Of a stretch of 64,000 nucleotides of DNA, positions 29,855 to 43,419 are shown piece after piece. Under the pieces are notes generated by a model. The model saw only the letters and a program-made list of their open reading frames with translations, made no database searches and was not told the DNA's origin. Origin of the DNA: Geosiphon pyriformis uo1 (Eukaryota > Fungi > Glomeromycota); assembly GCA_016748015.1 (NCBI GenBank), contig JAAOMT010000058.1:1-64000 (forward strand), given 5' to 3'. How positions within the stretch are numbered: the stretch's first letter is position 1; each line of letters begins with the position of its first letter. The position numbers and the translations under genes were made by a program.

Positions 29855-30525
29855 GGTGTGTCTTGCAAAAATATAGAGAAACCAAGTCCTTTATGAGAAT
29901 CTTGAAATTTTTGCTGAGTAATGTCAATCAACAAAAATGTTAATTACTTATTTAGTAATCCCTATTAATATCATGTGACAATACCTATCTACACTGTGGA
30001 TTTAGAAAAATGATTATTACATTTCAACTAATTTGTTATTGAAATTAATAGTTAAAAGTAGATATTTATTTTATTGATTTGTAGTAACTAATTAATAAAT
30101 ATATTGATTCTTAAGTTGATAATTAATATATTTTCTTAAAAAAAGAAGCTTTTTATATATATTTTATTTTAAATTTTAGCACTATTTTTTTTACTAATAT
30201 TTTAACAAATTAAATATATATTTTGGCAAATTATAAGTTATTTTACCAAATTTTTAAATATTATATGGTTTAAAATATTGCATAATTTAATTATTGTATT
30301 TAATTATATTTAATTATATTTGTATAATATATAAATTAGTTTATTAATTAAATAATAATATTTTTTTATTTAAATTAATAATTTTTTCAAAATTTATTTT
30401 ATTTTAATATTTATAAGTAAAATTTCAAGCTTATAAGTTTTTTGATTAGATTATTTTATTTTGTTTTCTTTGGTAATATATTTTAAAACTTCTAATATTG
30501 TTGTTAATACTAAGTATATAGCTAT

Positions 30526-31507
30526 TGTTATCAGATGAAATTAGAGATATTATTTAGCATGAAATTATCTTATAAATCCTATCATTAATTAGCATATATT
30601 ATCGTTTCAAATTATCACTTATTACATTAGCAAAATATCCGAAATTATCATTTAAATTAATAACCCAATTTGTACACAACACAAATATAACCTAATTGCG
30701 ATAATCAATCATGCAATACTCTGAACTATGTAACATTCAAAAGTTCACCGAAATTTGTAGAAATTTGCCGAAATAATTGATAGTTCACCAAAATATCTAA
30801 TAGTTTGCAGAAATAACTTGTAGTTCACCAAAATGTATCTTTAGTTCAGCGAAATTGTAGAAAATAGCAAAGTTCAAGTTCATAGAATAGTGTTATGATA
30901 AGTTGTATAAAAGAATAGCATCTCTCTTTGAAAAAATGTATCTTACTTTAGATTTATCACTTAGGACCATTCCTATACACACAAAAAGAAATAAATATCA
31001 AATAATTTAAAAAACCAAATTCTTTAATTATTGCACTTGGAAAATCCTCAAAACCCAACTAATGTTTTGAAATTGATTAGCTACTAATTTCAGTAAACTG
31101 TTAGTGACTCCAGGCCTGGATAGAAAAACGTTTCCCTTGATAAAATCCTATTTTTTTTACATTTCTTTTTATTTTTCTTTTCTTTTCTTATTACAATTAT
31201 TAGGGTAGCCTACAGACAAGATTCCTGTAGAAAAGTTGACTTTCACAGCAAAGTAACTACACATTTTTAGTGAGCTTCTAGATGAGCAATTCCTGGGAAA
31301 GAGTTGATGTTTATTACAACATAACTACATAAAACAACTGGCACAGAATTGGCCATTCCACTCATAAGCCCAACAAGTTCAAATTATAGGAGATAATTTG
31401 AAGATAAATTCAGTTACTGGAGGTCCAACTACTTCCTGAAAACGTGAATTCACAGCAAATTAACATTACCAACATTTAAGAAAAGAGACCAAAAACCTCT
31501 GATAACA
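30526..31507 (+). mobile_element. Solo LTR related to the element D family
   Basis: Termini TGTTATCAG...CTGATAACA (9-bp inverted repeat) with 4-bp TSD CTAT on both sides. Both ends match the LTR at 59322-60364. Confidence 0.88.
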
Positions 31508-34174
31508 CTATATATAAAAATATAGTTTTTAATAATTGTTATATAAAAACTTTAAGTATACTTAAAAAAGCTGTTTTGGCAAGAAATTTTGTTGTTTTTA
31601 TGGTTTAATACTTAATAAAAAGTTATAAAAATAGAATTTAATTATATAAATCCAAATATAGAAAGTGTAGTTTAATTTATAACAATTTAATAATTCTTTA
31701 TAGCTTGTATAGATTGGTTAAATTTCTGTTAAATAATGTAATTTAACTGTTAAATATTAATAATACTATTACTATTAACTAAAATTTACATAATCAATAT
31801 GTATTTTTTTTTGGTTTGTTTAATAATATTAGTATTATTATAAGTAATTAGTGTTGTTTTGACTGGCTTAAATAACTAGTTACATATAATAAATACATAA
31901 ACTATATTTAAATTATATTTATAAAATATTTAATAAAAAAATATTATCTAATTTTATAATCAAAAAAATATGAATTTTAACAATAAATCTAAACAATAAA
32001 ACCAACTTAATTAATTTAAAATTTAAAAAAATTATATTAGATATAACTTTTTTTAATATATTAGTTTTATTAATAATAATATTTAAATTAATTTAAAAAC
32101 CAAATATAATAATTACATATTTTAATTATTAAAAAAATTAAAAAACTAAAAAATAAAACAAATATAATTATAATTTAAAAAACCATTAATAAAGTTATTG
32201 TTTTAATATTATTGGATTTTTAGAGAAAAAAAAAAAACTTCTTTTTTTTTTCTTTTCAAATATTCCCAAAGAGCATTTTTTTTGAAAAAAAAGTTTTTTT
32301 TATTTTTTCTTGCTATCTCTTACAAACATTTCTTAATCAAATAATCTTTTTGTAGTAAACCTGATTGCTGCTTTAGGTAGTGCTATGTCTAAGAAAAAGG
32401 CATCCAAAAAAGTTTTTCATAATTCTGTTGGGGGTTTTTTTCTTAAAAGAAGAAGATTTCTGTTGATAATGTCAAGCATTCTGAAGATGAAAAAGATATC
32501 TTTTTGGTCAAACTTGGTACTAGTAGTGGTGTATATTTAGATATGAACAGTATATCTGATGATAGTAGAGATGATGATATTTTTTTAGGTGTTGATAATA
32601 ATTTTCTTCTTGGTTTGGCAGCAAACACCTCTAAAGCTAAAAGAGTTAATATTGGTCTGGTTTGTGACTCCCTTTTTGGTTTAATCAATTATGACATGAA
32701 TGAAAATAATGAGCTTCTCCCTTTTTTTCTTAAAATTTCTTTTGATAAAAAGTAAGTTAACCCAAAAATTATTAAATCTTAAGTTGAAGTATTCATTAAT
32801 AAGTTTTTTGTTCTTAATATTAATCTTAGTGCTGTGGAAGAAAAATCAGCAATGACAAAGACTTATTTTATCAGAAAATTTTTTTCTTCAGTCAATGGTT
32901 TTGAGAGAGTCACTACTCCCTCAAAATTTGAAAAGATTATTTAATCTATTTTCACTTCAAAAAAAAAACATGGAAAAGACCATGTTATTGGCTAGTGAAA
33001 AAAGGATTATTATAAATACTAATCTCAAAAAACAAGGTATATGTTCAGATTAGGCTGTGGTCATCAAAAAAATTTTCATGGATACACCAAAAAAAATGAT
33101 CATTGTCACAGTATCTAAATTTGGTAAAATTAGGTTAATCAAGATTCAGTTGATTGGCATATGACAAAAGACTGTAGTTGAGTTTACCAAATTAGATTAG
33201 ACTGTGCAATTAACTTCAAGATGGTTCTTTCTAATTGGAAAAGACTCTATGTATGTGGCTATGGCCATAGGTAATCAAGAAACTTGGATGTTTAGAAATT
33301 GTTTTAAAGTGCTTTTGTTTACATTGTCTGTGGAAACAATGGCTTATGATTTGGGCACTTTGTTTGAAAGGACTGGTGAGAAAATTTGCATTATAAATCA
33401 GTTTTTGGAGTCTGGTAATAAGATTTGCTGTGCTATAGTTTGTTTTGAATCTGATAAAATGTTGGAATCTACATTTTGCACAGAGCCAGTTCTTGGTGGA
33501 GTAAAACTTTCTTGAACTAGGATGGATTTGATTTGATATGAAAAATGTGGGTGGTTTGATCATTCAGCTTTTGAATGTAAAGTTTTAGATATATCTATGC
33601 TGTCATTTTTGACAAAGTCTTTTAAAAAAATTGCTTTGGAAGGAAGATGCTTTTAGCTTGCTAAGTTATATGAAAAGAAGAATGTTCCAATCTCTTATTC
33701 TGCTGCTTTTGGTAACAAATCTTGGATTCAGGTGGTCTCAAATATAAGTCTTTCTGGTAGTGCTCACTTCAATTTTGATTTTGGTTTTTTTTCTTTTGGT
33801 GTCTTAAGTTTTGATGGTGTTCTATATCTTGTTTTATTAGATGTTGTATTTTTGAATACTCACTTGGCCTCCCTAGAATGCTCATTAGAACTTTTAACAA
33901 ATTAGGTTTCTCGCATGATATGCAAACTCAATAACATCAAGTTGATGTTTCTGGCTCTCTCTTCTTTTTCTTATGTTTTAACTGCCTCTATGACTGCTGA
34001 TTTGAATATAAATGCAGATATGGTTCTGGATAATCTTGGTTTGGTACCTTTTTTTCTTTCTCTTGGTTTCTCTGGTGTTTCTGATTTGGGTTCAAGTAGT
34101 TCAAAGATTTTGACTACCAAAATAGGCTCTTTGGAGTCTAAGTTGGTAATTTTTAAAGCCTCTATTGGTTCCGT

Positions 34175-35023
34175 TGTTACTCATAAAAAGAAAACAAATA
34201 TAAGAAAATAATAAACCAATAAGTGAATAGTATTTAGCACATGAGCACATTGCTCAGCAATGTGGAGCAATGTCAAAAAAACATGACACATTGTTCAGCA
34301 ATGTGGAGCAATGTCAGAAATTAGAACACATTGCTCAAAAAATCATAGCACATTGCTCGAAAATGTAAGCGATTTCATAGAACATCAATTATGTATATAT
34401 AGTGGTAACATTAGAAGTAGAAAAGACAGAATCTTTTTAGTTAAAGACCTCTTAGTTTAGATTTCATCTAGACAACTTTTCAAATCACAATAAATAACTA
34501 TTTGCTATCTAAGAAACTCACTTCTACTATCAACACTTCATGTTAATAGTAATTGATACTTAATAATACTGGAACAATAGCTTTTGATCATGGCTATTAA
34601 TAGGATACTAACTTGCAAATCACTTTGGCTTATTTCTTACATTTTTTTAATTTTTTTTATTTCTTTTCTTTGATTTTTGTTGTATACTAATTGATTAAAA
34701 AATTAAAAGTGCTGAGTTATTGACATCATGAATAACCTGGTAAAAAACCCAGAAATAAGAATAGAATTATATATATATTATTGGATAGCTTACCAGAAAA
34801 GCATGACTGCCAGAATAAATCTGGTGACCAAGCTAAGAAAGAAATTGGGAAACAACTTACAAAAAAACCATAAATAATCTCAACAAAGAATCTCTGTCCA
34901 TTATACAAAAGACTTATCAATCAAAATCTTCAGATCATATTCATCATCAAATGCAAATAGCTTTTGAGCACCAAGTTATGAGTTTGTTATTTGACTTGAG
35001 ACTTCAAGTAATTACTTGTAATA
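34175..35023 (+). repeat. 5' LTR of element A
   Basis: Direct repeat of 43420-44286; starts TGTTAC; followed by the PBS. Confidence 0.92.
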
Positions 35024-38000
35024 TTTGGTGCTTTCTGTGAGATATAATCTTACAGAGAACTGGCACCAACAACCATCATCTAAAAGTGGCAGAATCAGAA
35101 ATCATAGGAGCAAACCATTTAGGATTTGCTAAAGCCTTGTTTCAGCAGTACAGCCAACAATTAGGACTAAACAACAACCATTATTCAACAGAATCTGCTT
35201 TCAACTTCTATGTCAATGATAAAATCACTGACTGCTTAAGAAGAACAGTTAACATTGAAGCAGCAAGAGAAAACTTTTACACAGAATTATTCTAACACAC
35301 CAACTTATTAAGGAACTATAGTTTTGCACCAATAATCAGAGAAATCAACTAAACTATTAAAAGATACACCCAACAACAATTCCCTATCACCTATGCAGAC
35401 AAAGGCAAAAGAAGGTTACAAACACCAGTGATAATGCCTAAAAGAATATAACTACCAATCTGGAAGAAACAAAGAATTGAATTTCTACCATATCTATCAT
35501 ATCATCACACACCTGGAAGCACCATCAATATTACATTAGCAGGCACGTCCACATTAAATGCAACATCAACATTTGGATGATTTTCATTCCAAAGTAAACA
35601 AAAGAAAGCAGAGTTATTAGGACCATACGGCAAATATTTTGAGAGATTTAAATCACAATTACCAATGCCATCAGAGTTCCAGTCACTACCACTTCAACCA
35701 GACTTCAGAACAGCAAGTCCATGGAAAATCACTGAATCAAAAGGAGAACAAGAAGAGGAAGAAAAAGAAGAATCCGAGGATCAAGAATTTACTTACCAAA
35801 ACCCAATTACTGAAAACCTGGAATTTGAAATTCTGAATCTTTAAACTTAGCAACACTTAAATCCAGAAAATCTGGAAAGTAAAACTCCAAATATTCAGAC
35901 ACTACCAACTTAGAATAATCAAAACTCCAATCTAACTAACCAATCAAACTTACCTTTGGTAATCGTCATCAATCAACCACCAATTAATCCAATAGCCAAA
36001 CCCATATAACAACCACTTCAACAGCCACCACAACAACCCAACTTAAACCCAATGGCTTAAGCACCAATCGCAAAACTCAACAATTTTACTGGTGAAAAGA
36101 ATAACACTCAAGTATGGCTAAATGACATGGAAAAGACTATCACAGCCAATAGATGGAATAATGTCCAAGCAATGCAAGCCATTCCCTATTTTTTCAAGGA
36201 TATCACCAATTCATAGTATTAGAACTTGATTAATAAACCACAAGACTTCAATGCCTTTAAAGTGGAATTCTTAAGATACTTTAGCAACAATAACAGTATT
36301 AATTACCTAGTCAATACATTCACCACCATGAAGCAAGGAGAAACTAAAGCAGTCACTACTTACCTAGGATGCTTTCATAGAAACCTATGCCAAATTCAAG
36401 CAATTAATGCCAACTATTTCACAGCACCACAGATCTTCAATCAGTTTATCCATGGCTTGTGCAGTAGCATCTTGCAACATGTATGTCCATTGCATTCAGG
36501 CATCCTTTAAGACACAGTCATATGTGCCAGAGATTTCAAATCAGCTGAGTCTGAGACCAACCATGCCCAAGCCATTAATCTAGTGATGAATAGATCATCT
36601 GAATTGGATTCCAAATTGGAGAAATTTAGTAAAACAATTAATCAAAAGATAGAAAGATACTTAGCTAATAACAATCAGGCAATTTATTAACTACCACAAT
36701 GACACAATAATCAAGAAAACTCTAATCATTCACAGAACCAACCACATTCATCTTCATTGACCAATCAACAGTGGCAACAGGAAATGTGTATCTGTCACTA
36801 TTGTGGTAAACAAGGACATATCCAAATTGACTGCCACTAGTGTGTAAATAACCAATGATCAAGAAATCAATATTGAAACTCTGATTGCCAGTTCTCAACT
36901 CTGAATTATCAATCAAATTCAGCACAATATCAAACCACTTACTTGCCAATGATGCAGCAACCAATCTATTAACCACCAGTATATTAACCACCAGTTTATC
37001 AACTACAGCCACCAACAATTTATCCATTACAGCCACAAGTAATTTATCAGCCACAGCCTCAAGTAATCTATCAGTCTCAACAATCAATCCAAACACTACC
37101 CCAAAACTCCACTATTATGACATCAGGAAACCCAAGACACCGAATTATACAAAACTGGAGATTGGCAATGGTTGTTCACCAACTGATCTTCAACTCCTCT
37201 TACCAACCAATGGAATCATGTTCTCGGAGTTCAAGAACTGGATATGCCCAAAACCCAAATTCTCAGAACTATTTAAGTCTTCTGGTGACCTCAGCAGATG
37301 CCCAACCCAACCACCCAAAAAACAACTAACAACAAACACTTACCAACAACATTCCACCTGCTACGATCACTGAGAATGAATCTTTGGACACCATTTTTCC
37401 ATTTGAACTCAAAGAACCATCAGTTACATGATTGTTCAGTAGAGCCGTACTCAAAAAGAAACCCATCACTGCCATGTATACTGATGCAAAAGTTGATGGC
37501 CATTCTATCAAACTGATTCTAGATAGTGGATCAGCTGACAGTATCATCACAAAACAATTTATGGATCAATTAGGTCACTGAGTTGATCACGCTGTCAGTG
37601 CCAGAATTATTACCACTGATGGAGTGACTAAAACACTCATTGGAGAAATTGATAACTTCTCCATTGAAGTTAATGGCATCATTGTACTAATCAAGATACT
37701 AGTAATGAAAGCCACCCAATACCAAGCTCTAGTTGGTAATGACTGGTTGTCCAAAACAAATGCCACTCTTGATTGAAACACACAAGAACTCCAACTTAGT
37801 CAAAATGGTTGACACACATGTATACCAGCCACATGTGGCCATTTCAAGACCACCAACACACCAGCACCACTTATTAATTTTGAGAAAGAGAAGTTGAAGC
37901 CAACATGGGAGGCATATCAAGTCTTGTGGACCAATGAGGACCACAATGAGCTGCCACCAATACTCTCATGAAATGACAATGTAAAGAGAAAGCAAAGAGA

Positions 38001-39079
38001 AAAACCTACCTGGGAGACTGACAATCTGATCTGAACCAACAACGATGAAAATGAGCTGACACCAAACTGGAAATGGGAAGAAGAAAATGATAAGAGAAAG
38101 AGAAAAGGGAAGAAAGAAGAAACAATACCCACTAACACCACTTCTTCTAACTCCTACATCTACACTACACAACAATGATCTACTTATTGCTGACTGAAAC
38201 TAGAGTGCATCAATTGCAGCAAGAAATTGTTATCAATGGGCATATACTGTGGCAATGATGAAGAATACCAGATAGCAACCAAGTTCTATTGCCACCCATG
38301 CTTCATTGAATGCTTTGGAAGACCAAAACAAGTGAAAAAATGAGATAATGAGCCATGCTTGGCTTGTGAAAAAACTCTTTTCAACAAAGAAATATGGAAT
38401 AACATTTCTGGGAGAGGAAGAACATACAATAAGTTGTGTTAATACATGATTCTTATAAGCAACTGGATAAGGAAAAGGACACCATTAGAAGCCACCTGGA
38501 GAAGAACTGTGAGATGTCTGGATAGTTGTCCACACAACGATGATGAGATCTAGTGAATGGCACTCGCCAAAATTGAAGGGGCAATGCCAAAAGAAATTAA
38601 GACCATCAAGAATAATCCTTCAGAACCTATAGAATTCGATTGGGATCTAGAACCAGTCATAAACCTATTGGACTCAAAGCAATTCCACAAACACTACCAA
38701 GAATTAGTGCCCACCAGAGAAGAGCAAGAACAGTGGTTAGAGCAACTAAACACTTGACTATGTGATCACTGTTTGATTCCATGTGACTTTCAATATTGTA
38801 ATGAATGTGATTTTATTTACAATCTACCACCACACATGATCTACATGATTTCAGAGGAAATCAAACCAATTAGCAGCTATGCATTAGAATTGGAATCAAT
38901 TTTTGATCCCAATTCCAACTTTGACAACGATGATGACAAAAACAACAGTTTTAGCTCTGTTCAATATGGCAATAAAAATAACTCAGATTCAAACTCCAAT
39001 TCAGACTATGAACAATATATTGCACTCCCTGATCTCACAAAGGAACAGGAACTTAAATGGTTTAGTAATAACGATGAAG

Positions 39080-39460
39080 GTATCATGCCAGAATGCACAC
39101 ATGATACTGATACCAGGTTTGATTTAAGGTATTTAGAGAAAGATACCATCAAATTGGAACCACATTTGCACACCTACATCAATTTGAAAATAGCATTGGA
39201 AATACCAGCAACAACCATAGTTCAACTAGCTTCCAGAAGTAGTTTAGCAAAAAGAGAGATTACTATAAGAGGAGAAATAATTGATGCCAGGTATGTAGAA
39301 AATATCATGGCAATACTACAAAATAACTCAGAAAAAGCCTATATCATAGAGCCAAATGAAAAAATAGTACAGGTAATATTCCTGCCTCTGGTTAGAGTAG
39401 CTCAGTTGGAAAAAGGAAAGAGTTAGAAATAACAGCCAGAGAGATACAAGAATTTGGATT
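39080..39460 (+). pseudogene. dUTPase domain in pol of element A
   Basis: HDTDTRFDL (DAGFDL), QLASRSSLAK, GEIIDARYVENI (GIIDAGYxG), EKIVQVIF, and decayed motif V (REIQEFGFM). Confidence 0.85.
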
Positions 39461-42400
39461 CATGAGTAAAATAGATGTACCAGTCAATATGGCAGAGAAA
39501 AAAATTGTTGGCCAAGAAGAAATTATTTCAACTGGTCAAGCAATTTCCATTCCATCATATGATCAGTACATAGTAGCAGTAGAAAGGAAAATGAAAGATC
39601 AAGCACAAATTTTTGAAGCAGAAGTTGGACTGATCAATCTACACATATCAGCCAAAGACCACAACCATATCAAAATTTCCATCTACAACAACACAGAAAA
39701 TGTTGTAGAGATACCAGAAGGAACCAGTCTCAGATATTTGACTACTGAAATTGAGAATCAACCACCAAGTACTATTTCAGATTTTCCACAACTGTGTGAA
39801 TATATAGATATTACATTACAAACAATCTATAGACGAAATGAATGTTATTTGTCCAACCAGAACAATTGGAACAGATAAACATAAAAAACTTAGACCCACT
39901 TCAATGTATGCAGCTCAAGATGTTGCTCAACAATTTCAATGACATCTTTGCCAGTGAAAATGAATTTGGTAGAACAGACATCATCCAACACTAAATAAAA
40001 ACTAGAGATATGATGCCAATTAAACAAAGAGCATATAGAGTACCACCAGCCAGCCATAAGATTATTTGTTAAGAGATTAATCGAATGCTTGACAATGGGC
40101 TAATCCAGCCATCAATAAGTCTATGATTATCACCAGTAGTACTCATCTGTAAGAAGAATGGAAAGATCTGATTTTGTGTAGACTACAGGAAACTTAATGG
40201 TATAACTCATGGAGACAGCTATTCAACTCCATGGATACAAAAATTATTCAATGCTTTCGGCAGAAATAAATGGTTTTCAATATTAGACTTGAATAGTAGT
40301 TACTGACAAGTAGCCATAAACTCAGCTAACAAAGAGAAAATGGCATTTACCACAAGAGAGAGAAATTTTGAGTTTGAAGTCATGCCATTCGACTTAACTA
40401 ATGCTTCAGCAACCTTCCAATGACTAATAAAAATTGTGTATACTGGTTTATTGTGGAAATCAGTGGTAATCTAATTAGATAATACCAATGTATTCTCAAG
40501 AACATTCGATGATTATTTCCATTATCTCCAACAAGTATTCAAAAGACTACGACAAACAGGATTAAAGCTAAATACTACCAAGTGCTTCTTTGGCAAAACA
40601 GAATTGAAATTTTTGGGACACATAGTTAGCAAAAACGACATCAAGACAGACTCAGACAAGATAGAGATAGTAAAAAACTTTCCAGTACCAACCAATGTAA
40701 CCAAACTAAAATCATTTTTAGGATTTGCAAGCTATTATCATCACTTCATCAAAGATTTTTCTAAAATAGCTTAGCCACTCAACCATCTACAAACCAAGAA
40801 CGTGAAATATGAATGGACAGAAATGCAACAAGAAGCTTTTGACATTTTAAGAAGAAAGCTCATTTAAGCACCAGTGTTAATCTATCCAGACTACAGCAAA
40901 CCATTTATTATTACTACTGATGCATTAGGTCAAGCATTGGGAGCAGTACTATCTCAGAGGGAACTGGATGGAAGAGAACATCCAGTGGCATTTGCCAGCC
41001 AAGGTTTAATGCCAGCCAAAAAGAACTATAGAACACCAGCATTGGAATACTTAGCAATCTATTGGGTAGTTATAAAATAGAAAAAATACTTGAGCCAGAA
41101 ATTTGAAGTATTTATGGATCACAAAGGATTGACTTCAATTCAGAAACAAGAGTTTGTTAATGATCGACATGCAAGATGGAAACTAGTATTATCACCATAT
41201 ACATTTACGGTACACTACAAAAAAAGAAAAGACAATGGAAATGTGGATGGTTTGTATAAATGAGACAAATCTGAACATTTCAAACCAAAATATATTAAAA
41301 CCCAAACCAATCCAATGAAAAATATAATAAAAGATAAACACACAAAAATACTAACAAATCTAACACTATATAAATACTCAACAGTTCAAAGAGAAATTAT
41401 CTCAAAAGGAATGAAATAGTATAAAACAACAATCAAAATATTTTATCAACCATCAAAATATACTTTACTGGAAGAATAGACAAAATTCAGATCAACCAAC
41501 TAGAGTAATTACAGAGCCAGAGAGAAAAACAATACTGTTTAACATGTATTCAGATCCAATAGCAGGACATTTTCATAAAGAAGCAACAATAGAAAGAACC
41601 AAAAAAAGATACTATTGGCCATCAATGTATCCAGACATCATCTAATATGTTCAAAATTGTGATGCTTGTCAAAGAAGAGAAGTAACAAAACCCAGTGAAC
41701 CATTAAGACCAATCAAAATGGGACAACCATTTGATCACATTGGAATTGACTTAGTCAGACCATTAACAATCACAAGCAGAGACAACAGATATATTGCAGT
41801 AGCATGGATTATCTCACAAAATGGCCAGAAGCAAAAGCCATTCAAAGAGTAGATGCAGAATCTGTTGCTGAATTTGTTTATCAAGATTTGATCTGCTGAC
41901 ATGGATGTCCAAAAAAACTATTATCAGATCAAAGAACTCACTTTGTGAATAAAACATTGGCAGAATTAAGTCAAAGATTTGGGATAAAAAGACCATTATC
42001 ATCACTATACTATCCACAAACAAATGGGTTAGTTGAAAGGTTTAACAGAACATTGTGTGAAACCATTGCCAAAATCAGCCAAGAAAACCAGAACAAATGG
42101 GACTTGATTATACCATCAGTATTATTTGCTTATCGAACAATAAAACAAGACACTACACAAGCAACACCATTTGAATTAGTATATGGTAGAACAGCAACAT
42201 TACCAGTTGAGATAGAAGTTAAGACATATCCAACAGAACCAATAACAAAAGAGAATTTCCAAAAAACATTGTTAAAAAGAACATATGACTTAATGGAGAC
42301 ATTAGAAAACACATGATAAAAAGCAGCTGATAACATTCAAAAGTTACAAAAAAAACAAAAAAAAAGACATGATAACCAATTACCAAATAAACCAGTTGAA

Positions 42401-42769
42401 TTCAAGATTAGAGACAAAGTACTTTTATATCATACCAAAGTAGAAAAACAATAGAGTGGAAAATTCGACTCCAAATGGAATGAACCATTTCACATAAAAG
42501 AAATTCTTGGAAATGGAGCTTATAAATTAAGATGGGACAACAAAATATTAGCCAAAGCAGCACATGATGATTGACTGAAACTATATTACCAGATAGCATT
42601 ATCATCCACCAATAACATTCCACAATTGGGAGTACAACAAATACTAGTTCAACCAAATGAGATTCCATGAGATATGGAACCAATCATAATCATTGGACCA
42701 AATACATAAAATCAAACAATAAAAGAGTATATAAAGACACAGTACACGTGACAAAAACAACCAAAAAAA

Positions 42770-43405
42770 ATGGAAATACCAGATCATATTCACATCATAG
42801 CTCAACAATTATTTCAGGCCTTAAGTCAATAATCTTTAGACATAGAAGTTATTGTTAACAACCAAACAATTTGCTATTAAAACACCAAAAGAAAGACAAA
42901 GAATACACCATATCAGTGGTTACCAAAGAATGATAAAAACTGGTCAGATAACATAATAGAAAAAGTAAAAAACACTTTTGGAAAAATACTTATTATGGCA
43001 CCAACAGAAGAACTTACAAAAGAGAATTGGAAGCAATAGACAGAACAACTTCCAATATCATACTGTTACTACCAGTTGGATCAAAAGTTGAATATTCAAG
43101 AGTTGTATATCAACAAATTCAAGAGAATATTTAACCAAAACATAATACAGCAAATTGAAGAATTTATTGAAAAGAAAACAAACTCAACACTACATGTGAG
43201 AACAATTTACTGACTGTACAACATATTTCAGAACTATCTAAAAATACTGTTACACTCTGACATAGAAACCATAATCATTAACCAATGGGGAAGAATAAAC
43301 AATGTACAAGTAGAAGAAGTGAAAAATAAAGTCGAACAGACAATACTAGAAAAAGAAGTATTAAAACTAATTCAGAATAAAGATTTCGACAGAGCTCAAT
43401 ATTAA
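42770..43405 (+). pseudogene. ORF3 of element A (211 codons, unknown function), between integrase and PPT
   Basis: Own ATG after the integrase stop; one frame with four stops explainable by transitions; homologous to ORF3 of element C. Confidence 0.75.
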
Positions 43406-43419
43406 AAAAGAGGAGATAA

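Noticed and set aside
34240-34370. Palindromic repeats resembling a CRISPR array
   Set aside because: No unique spacers, present in both LTRs, eukaryotic context, no cas genes.
36885-37373. 162-aa Ser/Thr-rich overlapping ORF in gag of A
   Set aside because: Alternative-frame reading of the Q/P/Y repeat linker; stop-poor by composition and no evidence of independent function.
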